This document shows, piece by piece, positions 36,897-44,974 of a stretch of 64,000 bases of DNA. The DNA is taken from positions 1,914,964 through 1,978,963 of the forward strand of contig OY969424.1 of assembly GCA_963699235.1 (NCBI GenBank). The letters run 5' to 3'. The position numbers and the translations under genes are program-made. This DNA is from an uncultured Chloroflexia bacterium. GTDB taxonomy: Bacteria; Chloroflexota; Limnocylindria; QHBO01. Each line of letters starts with the position of its first letter. Positions within the stretch are counted from its first letter, which is position 1. A model generated the notes under the pieces. It saw nothing but the letters and a program-made list of their open reading frames with translations, searched no databases and was not told where the DNA came from.

Positions 36897-37949
36897 ATGG
36901 ACGCCGAGCAGCGCGTGGGACCGCCGTGGGGCCACGACTGGGCGGGCCGCTTCCACGAGCACGTGCTCGACTCCGAGGTCCTGGTCGGGAACCCGTTGGG
37001 CGACCCGACCCGCCGCCCGGTCTACGTCTACACCCCGCCCGCCTATGAGACCGAGCCGGATCGCCGGTTCGCGACCGTCGTCGTCATCCAGGGGCTCACC
37101 GGCCAGGTGGACATGTGGCGCAACCGGAAAGCCTTCAAGCGCACCGTGCCCGAGACGGTGGACCTGGCCTTCGCGACACCGGGCCAGGAGCCCGCGCTGG
37201 TCGTCTACGTGGACTGCTGGACGAGCCTGGGCGGCAGCCAGTTCCTCGACTCGCCCGGGACGGGCCGGTACCTCACCTACCTGTGTGACGAGGTCATCCC
37301 ATGGGTGGATGCGACGTACCGGACGCTCCCCGACGCCGCCCATCGAGCGGTGGCCGGCAAGTCGTCCGGCGGCTACGGGGCCATGGTCCTGCCCATGCTC
37401 CGCCCCGACCGATTCGGGGCGCTGGCGACCCATGCCGGTGATGCCCTGTTCGAGGCCAGCTACCTGCCCGACATCCGGGGTGCGGTGCGCGCCCTGCGAG
37501 ATCGGTACGACGGCTCGTACGACCAGTTCTGGTCCACGTTCCGGTCCCGGACCGGGCCGGTCCCGAGCTCTGACCACGACCTGCTGAACATGTGGTGCAT
37601 GGCGGCCTGTTACTCGACCGATCCCGACGGAACCGTCCGCCTGCCGTTCGAGACGACCACCGGCCGGCTCATCCCCGAGGTCTGGGATCGGTGGCTGGCC
37701 CTCGACCCGGTGCGGATGGTCGCCGGACACGCGGAGGCGCTCCGCGGCCTGCACGGGATCTGGATCGACGCCGGCACGAGCGACGAGTTCTACCTCGACC
37801 TGGGAGCGGTGGCGTTCCGCGACGAGCTGACGGCGATCGGCGTCTCCGAGCCGGTCGTCCACTTCGAGCTGGTGGAAGGCACCCACTCGGATCTCGAGCA
37901 CCTCTACCCGACCGCCATCGCCTGGCTGGCGGAGCGCCTGGCAGGGTAG
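36897..37949 (+). CDS. esterase family protein (enterochelin-esterase-like alpha/beta hydrolase)
   Basis: ATG at 36897 gives 350 aa with [12 protein letters not shown], the nucleophile elbow [10 protein letters not shown], and [11 protein letters not shown]. Confidence 0.8.
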   Translation: MDAEQRVGPPWGHDWAGRFHEHVLDSEVLVGNPLGDPTRRPVYVYTPPAYETEPDRRFATVVVIQGLTGQVDMWRNRKAFKRTVPETVDLAFATPGQEPALVVYVDCWTSLGGSQFLDSPGTGRYLTYLCDEVIPWVDATYRTLPDAAHRAVAGKSSGGYGAMVLPMLRPDRFGALATHAGDALFEASYLPDIRGAVRALRDRYDGSYDQFWSTFRSRTGPVPSSDHDLLNMWCMAACYSTDPDGTVRLPFETTTGRLIPEVWDRWLALDPVRMVAGHAEALRGLHGIWIDAGTSDEFYLDLGAVAFRDELTAIGVSEPVVHFELVEGTHSDLEHLYPTAIAWLAERLAG

Positions 37950-37952
37950 GGG

Positions 37953-39650
37953 CTAGGCGGCCACCACCCGGTCGCGTCCACCACGCTTCGCCATCGAGAG
38001 GGCCACGTCCGCCGTCCGCAGGAGGGCCTCGGCCGTGGGCTCGGCATCGTCCAGCGCGGCACAGCCGGCCGACACGGTCAGGCGCAGTGGTGCGCCGTCC
38101 TCGGCGGGGATCGTGCGGGACGCGAGCCGGGCACGGATCTCCTCGGCCACCGAGACGGCCTGGTCCCGGTCGGCGCCGTCGAGGACGATGATGAACTCCT
38201 CCCCGCCGTACCGCGCCGCGAGATCGGTCTGGCGCAGCCGCTCGCGGAGGGCGTGGGCGAACACGCGGAGCGCCTGGTCACCGACCTGCACGCCGTGCAG
38301 CTTGTTGAACGTCCCGAAGTGGTCGAGATCGAAGAGGATGGCCGACACCGGGCGGCGCTCGGACTCGGGCATGGCGTTCCGTGCCGAGAGCAGACGGGCC
38401 AGCGCCTCATCGAAGTAGCGCCGGTTGTGGAGGCTGGTGAGCCCGTCACGGACGGCGAGATCGGCGAGGGCCTGCCGGTCGTGGGCGAGGGCCAGCGAAG
38501 CGGCGATCTTGCCGGCCATGGTCGCGACCAGGTCCCGGTCGGTGCGATCCAACGGGACCTGATCCATGGACTCGATGTTCAGCACCCCGAGGAGGACGCC
38601 GTCGAGGGTCATGGGAGCGGCGATCTCGCTCACGACCCGCCGGTCACCGGCGACATAGTCGGGATCAGCAGCCACGTCCTGGACGAGCTGGATCTCACCG
38701 GTCCGCGCGGCTCGGCCCACGACCCCGGTCCGTGGATCGAAGCCCGACACGTCGAACGAGTAGCCGCGCTGGGCGCCCAGCTTCAGCCCGTCGCCTTCGG
38801 CAATGAAGATCACCGCCTGGGCGTAGCCGAACTTCTGGACCATGACGTCGGCGACCTGGTGGAGCAGCTCGGACGTCGCACCGGCGGTGACGAGGAGCCG
38901 GCTCACGGCCTCGAGACCGGCGATCTGGCGGGACCGGCGGCGCTCGGACAGCGCGGCCGATCGGAACTGGGCGTTGATCTCCTCCATCCGGGCGACGAGG
39001 CGCCGCGTCCCGATGGCGAGCAGGGTCGAGATGCCCACCAGCGCCACGCCACGCGGGGTCAGCTCAGCCACGGCCAGCGGATTGAGAACGGCGCTCGGGT
39101 CGAAGAGCTTCGCCAGCTCGGGGACAAGGTAGATGATCGCCGCGGTGACACCGATCACGACCGCCTGGGCCGTGCCGAGGGCCGCCGCGGCCACCACGAC
39201 CGGCAGGTAGAGGGCGAACAGCGGCCGGGCCGGTCCACCCACCGTGTTGACCAGTGCCCAGACGTACAGGAGCGCGATGGCCAGCCGGAGGAAGGACCAT
39301 CCCTGCGGGGTCAGGACCCGGTAACGGCCCGGTATCAGCCCGACAGCGGCCTGGAGGCCGATGAACAGGATGCTGATCAGGATCGCAGAGGCCGTGTCGT
39401 CGGCGAAGAAGCTGACCGACGAGACCGCGATCGCGATAGGGGCCAGGAGAGCGGTGTAGATCGTGAACTGGTCGCGCGCCATACGGCGGACCCATTTCAG
39501 GCGTCCCGGACGCAGCCGTTCGCCGGCTCGCCGGACGCGCGAAGTCCGCCGAGGGTCGGACAGACCGGCCACCGGCAGCTCGTTGACCCCCCGGTTCACC
39601 AGCTGGGACATCCGGGCCAAACCGTACCGAACCGCCCAGCAGCGCACCAT
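37953..39650 (-). CDS. membrane-anchored GAF-GGDEF diguanylate cyclase
   Basis: 565 aa (alternative starts at 39611 and 39482). About 5 TM helices, a GAF domain, and a GGDEF domain with A-site RYGGEEF and I-site RQTD at canonical spacing. Confidence 0.9.
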   Translation of the reverse strand: MVRCWAVRYGLARMSQLVNRGVNELPVAGLSDPRRTSRVRRAGERLRPGRLKWVRRMARDQFTIYTALLAPIAIAVSSVSFFADDTASAILISILFIGLQAAVGLIPGRYRVLTPQGWSFLRLAIALLYVWALVNTVGGPARPLFALYLPVVVAAAALGTAQAVVIGVTAAIIYLVPELAKLFDPSAVLNPLAVAELTPRGVALVGISTLLAIGTRRLVARMEEINAQFRSAALSERRRSRQIAGLEAVSRLLVTAGATSELLHQVADVMVQKFGYAQAVIFIAEGDGLKLGAQRGYSFDVSGFDPRTGVVGRAARTGEIQLVQDVAADPDYVAGDRRVVSEIAAPMTLDGVLLGVLNIESMDQVPLDRTDRDLVATMAGKIAASLALAHDRQALADLAVRDGLTSLHNRRYFDEALARLLSARNAMPESERRPVSAILFDLDHFGTFNKLHGVQVGDQALRVFAHALRERLRQTDLAARYGGEEFIIVLDGADRDQAVSVAEEIRARLASRTIPAEDGAPLRLTVSAGCAALDDAEPTAEALLRTADVALSMAKRGGRDRVVAA

Positions 39651-39715
39651 GAACCGGAAGTACCGCCGGCCGACGACCTTGGGGCGGCCGCGCTCGATCG
39701 ACTAGGCTTGCGTTC

Positions 39716-40993
39716 GTGAGCTTCGTCGCCGGTTCGGACCGCCGCGACCGCTGGACCCTGAAGTTCGTCGACCCAGATCTCGAGGCGTCATTCCGCGAGG
39801 ACACGCTCGAGCCGTTCCGAGGCCGAATCCGGCTCGCAATGTTCGTGAACATCCCGATCTGGGTGGTGGTCGCCCTCCTCGGACCCCCTGTCGTCGGCGT
39901 TGCCGATCCGATCCCGGTGTACGTCATCTGCGGGGCCATGGTCGGGGTGCTGCTGATCGGTGGCCTGCTGACCTGGGTGATCCACGGACGACTGGGGCTC
40001 GAGCTGCTCGGGCTGGTGGCGAACGTCATCGCCGCGATCGCGGTCGTCACCCTGGCGACGGCGACCGGAACGTTCGACCGCTTCGCGGCGGTCGGGCTCC
40101 TGTTCAGCACGATCATCGCCCTGAACGTCTTCCGCCTCGCGTTCCCGATGGCCGTCGTGCTGGTGGTCGCATCGGTCGTCACCTTCACGACGGTGGCGCT
40201 GACCGCCGGCACGGCCGTGGTGTTCCAGGTATTCATCCTGGCGTCGGCCGTGGCGCTCGGCTGCCTGGGGACCTACCTGGTCGAGGACGGGGAGCGCCGC
40301 CTGTTCTTCCAGCAGCGGCTCATCGCGGATCTCCATCGCCGGGTGGAGACCCTGTTCCAGCAGTACCTCTCCCCCGACGTCGCCAGGAGCCTGCTCGAGG
40401 CGCCGGAACGGGCCGACCTCGGCGGCGAGACCACCGAGGTCACGATTCTGTTCGCGGACCTCAAGGACTTCACACCGTTCTCGGAGCGCCGATCACCGCA
40501 CGAGGTGGTGGCGATGCTGAACTCGGTCTTCGGATCGGCCGTCCCGATCATCTTCGGCGAGGGCGGCACGATCGTTCAGTTCGTCGGCGACGCGCTGATG
40601 GCCATCTTCAACGCGCCGATACGCCAGCCCGATCATGCCTACCGCGCCGCCCGGGCAGCGCTTCGCCTGCAGTCGGTGCCGCCGGTCGCCGAGCAGCCGC
40701 GCTTCCGGGTTGGGTTGAACACCGGACCGGCCCTGGTCGGGAACATCGGCAGCCCCGAGCTGCGCAACTTCACCGCCATCGGCGACACGACCAACGTCGC
40801 CAGCCGCCTGCAGACCTTCGCCGAGCCCGGGTCGGTGGTGATCAGCGAACGGACGTACCGTCTCATCGAGCCCGCGGCGGAGGTCCGTGAGCTCGGCGCC
40901 GAGCAGCTGAAGGGTCGCTCCGACCGCACAGCGGTGTACGAGCTTCTCGGGCTCCGGGAGGCGCCGATTGCCCTGGAGGCGCGCGCGGGATGA
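39716..40993 (+). CDS. membrane-anchored class III adenylate/guanylate cyclase
   Basis: 425 aa with GTG start. Six TM helices followed by a cyclase domain (VTILFADLKDFTPFSE, FVGDALMAIFNAP, RVGLNTGPALVGNIG, TAIGDTTNVASRL). Confidence 0.9.
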   Translation: MSFVAGSDRRDRWTLKFVDPDLEASFREDTLEPFRGRIRLAMFVNIPIWVVVALLGPPVVGVADPIPVYVICGAMVGVLLIGGLLTWVIHGRLGLELLGLVANVIAAIAVVTLATATGTFDRFAAVGLLFSTIIALNVFRLAFPMAVVLVVASVVTFTTVALTAGTAVVFQVFILASAVALGCLGTYLVEDGERRLFFQQRLIADLHRRVETLFQQYLSPDVARSLLEAPERADLGGETTEVTILFADLKDFTPFSERRSPHEVVAMLNSVFGSAVPIIFGEGGTIVQFVGDALMAIFNAPIRQPDHAYRAARAALRLQSVPPVAEQPRFRVGLNTGPALVGNIGSPELRNFTAIGDTTNVASRLQTFAEPGSVVISERTYRLIEPAAEVRELGAEQLKGRSDRTAVYELLGLREAPIALEARAG

Positions 40994-42006
40994 AGGTTGC
41001 CCATGTCCGCGAGCGCAACGCCCCGCATGGAGCCCCGTGGCGGCTGGCGGCGGCGCGAGACCCGAATGGCGACCGGTGGCTCGACCTCGAGGCCGCCCGA
41101 GCGGCGATGCTGACCGAGGATTCCCGATTGGCGCACAACGAGTCCCTGTTTCGCCAGCCGGTGACCACCCTGGACGACCACCTTGGGCGTGGGATGCGGG
41201 TGGCTACCCTCGGTGTCCTGGTGGACGGCTTTGCCCGAGACGACGACGACGCCATTTCGGCAGCCGCGGACCTGGTCTTCGGGCCGCCGATCCTCAAGCC
41301 ACCGACCCTACGCGACTTCTATGCCTTCGAGCAGCACGTCGGCACGATGTGGAAGCGGCGCGGGCATGACATCCCGGAGGCCTGGTTCCGGTTGCCGATC
41401 TTCTACTTCGGCAACACATCCGAGATCCGTGGCCCCGGGGACGATGTCTGGGCGCCGGACGGCTCGGTCGAGCTGGACTACGAGCTCGAGGTCGGCGCGC
41501 TCATCGACACGCCTGCCGTGGACCTGGCTCCCGATCGCGCCGAGGAGGCAATCGGCGGCTACTTCGTCCTGAACGACTGGTCGGCGCGCGACCTCCAGCG
41601 GGACGAGACCACGGTCCGCCTTGGCCCGGCCAAGGGCAAGGACTTCGCCACCAGCATCGGTCCATGGCTGGTCACCCCCGATGAGCTGGCCGACGCGCGG
41701 TCGGGGACCGGCTACGACCTCGCGATGACGGCCGACATCAACGGCACGGAGATCAGCCGCGGAATTTGGTCGGCTGCCCACTTCTCGTTCGGGGACATGG
41801 TGGCCCGGGCCTCGGCCGATGTGCGGCTGCGACCGGGCGACCTCCTCGGCAGCGGGACGGTGGGGACCGGCTGCCTGCTCGAGGTCCGGGAGGAGCGGTT
41901 CGGGCGCTGGCTCGAGCCGGGGGACGAGGTCGTGCTCCGGATCGACCGTCTTGGAGAGCTGCGAACGCCGGTCGTGAGCCGGCCCCACGGAAGGAAGGCA
42001 TCGTGA
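40990..42006 (+). CDS. fumarylacetoacetate hydrolase (FAH) family protein
   Basis: 338 aa. The start overlaps the cyclase stop (ATGA). Contains DYELEVGALI, NDWSARDLQ, GPAKGKDFATSIGPW and GDLLGSGT. Confidence 0.9.
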   Translation: MKVAHVRERNAPHGAPWRLAAARDPNGDRWLDLEAARAAMLTEDSRLAHNESLFRQPVTTLDDHLGRGMRVATLGVLVDGFARDDDDAISAAADLVFGPPILKPPTLRDFYAFEQHVGTMWKRRGHDIPEAWFRLPIFYFGNTSEIRGPGDDVWAPDGSVELDYELEVGALIDTPAVDLAPDRAEEAIGGYFVLNDWSARDLQRDETTVRLGPAKGKDFATSIGPWLVTPDELADARSGTGYDLAMTADINGTEISRGIWSAAHFSFGDMVARASADVRLRPGDLLGSGTVGTGCLLEVREERFGRWLEPGDEVVLRIDRLGELRTPVVSRPHGRKAS

Positions 42007-42498
42007 CCGACCACATGGACGTCCTCGCCCGGCTCGCCGTCGCCGAGGGGCGGCTGGCCAGCCTCGCCGAGGATCCGCCCCCGGGACTGACCGATCCCGA
42101 CCCGGCCACCGGTGAACAGTGGGACGCCGGCCAGGCGTGGGCCCACGTCGCGGAGTTCGTCCCCTACTGGCAGGGAGAGCTGCAGGACGTGGTGGCCGCG
42201 TCCGCCCGAGGTGGCGAACCAGTCCCGTTCGGCCGGACGACCGCCGACCCGGGGCGGGTGGGCGCTATCGAGCAGGGGGCGCCACGAGCCGCCGGCTGCG
42301 CAGATGACGCGGCTGGCCCGCGCCCTCGCCCACCTGCGCAGCTACCTCGTCGCGCTGGACGAGCGCGCCTGGTCAGCCGTGGGGGTGCACGGCCGGCTGG
42401 GCGAGATGACCGTGGCCCAGATCGTGGACCGATTCGTGGTCGGCCATCTTGAGGAGCACGCCGAGCAGCTGGAGAAGCTCAGGACCGAGCCGCGCTGA
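42003..42498 (+). pseudogene. DinB-like (four-helix-bundle, metal-dependent) protein with frameshift
   Basis: GTG at 42003 overlaps the FAH stop (GTGA). The N-terminal half (..WDAGQAWAHVAEFVPYWQGEL..GRVGAIEQG) is in one frame. The C-terminal half (RHEPPAAQMTRLARALAHLRSYLVALDERAW...VGHLEEHAEQLEKL) is in the next frame. The junction is at a G5 run near 42274..42280, and total length is 3n+1. Confidence 0.6.
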
Positions 42499-42502
42499 TC
42501 GG

Positions 42503-43582
42503 TCAGGTGGACGATGCGCAGAGGCGGGCCGTCATCTCGATCGCCTCGAGGGCGTCCTCTCGCGTCCGACGCCCAAGCCCACAGGACGATGCGACATCGG
42601 CCGTCTGCCCGAGCAGCTCATCCACGCGAGTCATGAGCGTTCGATGCTCGTCCGCGGTCCGCTTTTCGTGGACGAAGCCGGCGATGAACCGCGTCCCTCC
42701 CGGAAGGACGAGGTTCCTGAGCGGCTCGTAGAACTCGACCTCCAGGGGCGGTGGATCGGCGGCGGCGGCGAGCGGGGCATGAATGAAATCGAGCGGGCGA
42801 CCGGCCGGCCAGCGCTTCACGATATCGTTCGACATGCGGACGATGGGCCCGACGTGCGGCAGCCGTCCCATCGCGCGGTGGTTGAAGTCGCCGAGACACA
42901 GGTGGATTCCCCACCGCGATCCCTCCGGCGACTCCCGGGCGAGGCGGGCCACGCCGCCCGCGAGATAGCCGGACGCGAGTCCGTGGAGGACACCGGGAAT
43001 CCGGGTCAGGGCGACAAGCTCGACGGGGATCTCGACCTGGAACACGACGTCATCACCGGCCTCCGCGTGGATGGCAGTGATGTCCCGGAGGGTGGCATCG
43101 CGAAAGGCATCACGAACTCGGATCCCGGCGATCGGGCTGCCGAAGGCCGACACGGCGAGATCGAGTTCGCCGGGGATGCCGACCTGGAACCGGGGCTTGA
43201 CCCCATTGCCCGGCACGTGGAACGCGTCCCGTTGGCGAACGAACTCGGGCCACGAGGCGCGGAACGCGCTCAGGTAGCCGAAGTCGAAGGAATCCCCCGT
43301 GAGCTGGTGGCCCGAGCGGACCTTGAAGCTCGGCGTCCGGTCGTAGTCGGTGTAGTCAAAGTCCTCCGGTTTCCCCTTCTTGCCCTCGAGATCGGGGTTG
43401 TTCCAAAACGACTGGATCAGGGGCTGAATCCAGTCCTTCCGGCTGCCCGTTTCGCCGTCGGGGACGGTGCGCAGGTGCGTGCCCAGCTTGTTCGCGAAGA
43501 TACCGATCGCTTCTGCGGTGTCGGAGAAGGGCGTGCTGCCCACGAGGTGGGCAGCACGGTTGGTGGCAGTGGCGGGCGACAT
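42503..43582 (-). CDS. core-MetE-like (cobalamin-independent methionine synthase C-terminal-domain-like) protein, paralog 2
   Basis: 359 aa with LVGSTPF, PDGETGSRKDWI, a Zn-ligand-like IHLCLGDFNH and SSCGLGRR. AGGAGGA lies before the ATG. It is about the same length as, and collinear with, the upstream paralog. Confidence 0.6.
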   Translation of the reverse strand: MSPATATNRAAHLVGSTPFSDTAEAIGIFANKLGTHLRTVPDGETGSRKDWIQPLIQSFWNNPDLEGKKGKPEDFDYTDYDRTPSFKVRSGHQLTGDSFDFGYLSAFRASWPEFVRQRDAFHVPGNGVKPRFQVGIPGELDLAVSAFGSPIAGIRVRDAFRDATLRDITAIHAEAGDDVVFQVEIPVELVALTRIPGVLHGLASGYLAGGVARLARESPEGSRWGIHLCLGDFNHRAMGRLPHVGPIVRMSNDIVKRWPAGRPLDFIHAPLAAAADPPPLEVEFYEPLRNLVLPGGTRFIAGFVHEKRTADEHRTLMTRVDELLGQTADVASSCGLGRRTREDALEAIEMTARLCASST

Positions 43583-43625
43583 TCCTCGTCCTCCTATCGG
43601 CCCCGCGGGGCGCCGCCCCCGCAGC

Positions 43626-44714
43626 TCAGGCCGGGGTGAGCACGCGGCGGGGCGCCGCCAGCTTGGCGTGGAGGTCGAGCAGGCCCGGAATCTCCTCCGT
43701 CTGGGCGCGGGCCATCCCGCACTCGGTGCAGACGCCCCACTCCTGTTCCTCGCCGGAGTTGGGCCGCCAGGAGGCGGCGTGCTCGTCGATGAGGGCGATC
43801 TGGGCGGCGCTGGTTCCCTCGGGCTGGTCCGCCACGTGGTACGGCACGATCCCGAAGTAGACCTCGGTCCCGTCCTTGATCCGCAGCTCGGCCAGCGGGG
43901 CGAAGTACTCCGGTCGCGTCTCGTTTTGCGGAACGGTGATCGCGAACCAGTTGACGGTGCGCCGCGCGTTCGCGTTGACGTGGCCGATGAGCTCGACCTG
44001 GAGGGCCAGGCTCTCGGGCTCCTTGAAGTGGACGTGCTGGTAGTCGCCGTAGCAGAGGTGCAGGCCGGCCGGGATCTCCGGCGGCACGGCGTCGACCAGC
44101 TCGCCCAGGACGCGGCCGGCCTCGGCGGGGGTCAGGTCCGGGAATCCCGGGAAGGAGCCGGTCAGCGCGCCGAACTCGACGGCGACGTCCCATTGGACGG
44201 CGATGTCGTCGTGGGGGATCTCGGCCAGCAGGCGATTGAGGTCACGGAGCATGGCGCCCGTGTACGCCGGCAGGACGGCCGGCACCTGATCCGGTACGAA
44301 CCAGCCCGCGGCGGTGGCGAACGGCGTCGGGTACTGGACCTGGAAACGGACGTTCTCTGGGATGGTGCCGTCCTTGCGGAGGGCGGTGAAGATGCTGTAG
44401 CTCGCCAGGTAGGCATCGGCGTAGCCGGGGTTGAAGGTCCGGAAGAACTCGTCGAGGACGGACTCGTCGGTGATCTTCAGCTTCGGCAGGCCTTCGTAGC
44501 CCCGGGTTGGATCGAATGTTCCGACGGTCTCGACGCCCGGCAGCGCGCTCAGGCGGTTGACCTGGAAGAAGATCCAGTTGTTCCGCTCGCCGGTCTCGCC
44601 GTCCGGGATGCGCTTGACGCGGTCGCCAATCCGGGTCGCGATCTCGCGCATCGCGGTCTCGGCATCGGCGACGGCCAATCCGCCGTTCAGGTGTGCGCCA
44701 ACGGGGTTCGTCAT
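43626..44714 (-). CDS. core-MetE-like (cobalamin-independent methionine synthase C-terminal-domain-like) protein, paralog 1
   Basis: 362 aa with PDGETGERNNWI, LHLCYGDYQH (resembles the MetE HxCY Zn site) and CTECGMA (resembles the MetE C-terminal Cys site). It is preceded by a SAM-riboswitch-like leader. Confidence 0.6.
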   Translation of the reverse strand: MTNPVGAHLNGGLAVADAETAMREIATRIGDRVKRIPDGETGERNNWIFFQVNRLSALPGVETVGTFDPTRGYEGLPKLKITDESVLDEFFRTFNPGYADAYLASYSIFTALRKDGTIPENVRFQVQYPTPFATAAGWFVPDQVPAVLPAYTGAMLRDLNRLLAEIPHDDIAVQWDVAVEFGALTGSFPGFPDLTPAEAGRVLGELVDAVPPEIPAGLHLCYGDYQHVHFKEPESLALQVELIGHVNANARRTVNWFAITVPQNETRPEYFAPLAELRIKDGTEVYFGIVPYHVADQPEGTSAAQIALIDEHAASWRPNSGEEQEWGVCTECGMARAQTEEIPGLLDLHAKLAAPRRVLTPA

Positions 44715-44721
44715 GACGGTA

Positions 44722-44810
44722 CTCCCATCGTTCCTCGCAGGGGCACCGCTCCCATTGGGTCGGTTGCCGGGCCGTCAACGAGCGAGGTCTCTCGGGCCAC
44801 TCTGGATAGG
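44722..44810 (-). promoter_or_regulatory. SAM riboswitch candidate (SAM-I / SAM-IV clan), translational type
   Basis: The minus-strand RNA reads CCUAUC-CAGAGUGG-CCCGAGAGACC...GACGGCCC-GGCAACC-GACCCAAUGGGAGC-GGUGCC-CCUGCGAGGAAC-GAUGGG-AG, then 7 nt, then AUG. It contains the clan-conserved AUCnAGAGnGG junction, a GAGnGAC kink-turn-like element, the GGCAACC/GGUGCC P3 stem and a P1 pairing (CCUAUC/GAUGGG). The 3-prime strand of P1 overlaps the GGGAG Shine-Dalgarno. Confidence 0.6.
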
Positions 44811-44882
44811 CATCGCGCGTGCGCGACCGCCCCATGGTACCCGCTGGCCACGGATGGCGTGGCGACTACAATCGGGCGGTCG

Positions 44883-44958
44883 GCGGGAGTAGCTCAGTTG
44901 GCAGAGCGTCAGCCTTCCAAGCTGAATGTCGCGGGTTCGATCCCCGTCTCCCGCTCCA
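44883..44958 (+). tRNA. tRNA-Gly (anticodon UCC), CCA encoded
   Basis: GCGGGAG acceptor stem pairs with CTCCCGC. D arm is GCTC-AGTTGGCA-GAGC. Anticodon stem TCAGC/GCTGA carries loop CTTCCAA. T arm is GCGGG-TTCGATC-CCCGT, followed by discriminator T and CCA. Confidence 0.9.
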
Positions 44959-44974
44959 CCCCTACGATCATGCG

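Noticed and set aside
34101-37949. 1282-aa ORF as a genuine CopA-esterase fusion protein
   Set aside because: The ~85-codon bridge is junk-like. It overlaps a well-formed YHS-domain gene with a strong RBS in another frame. The esterase has its own ATG. A missing stop from a 1-nt indel is the simpler reading; it is reported as a finding, not as a fusion.
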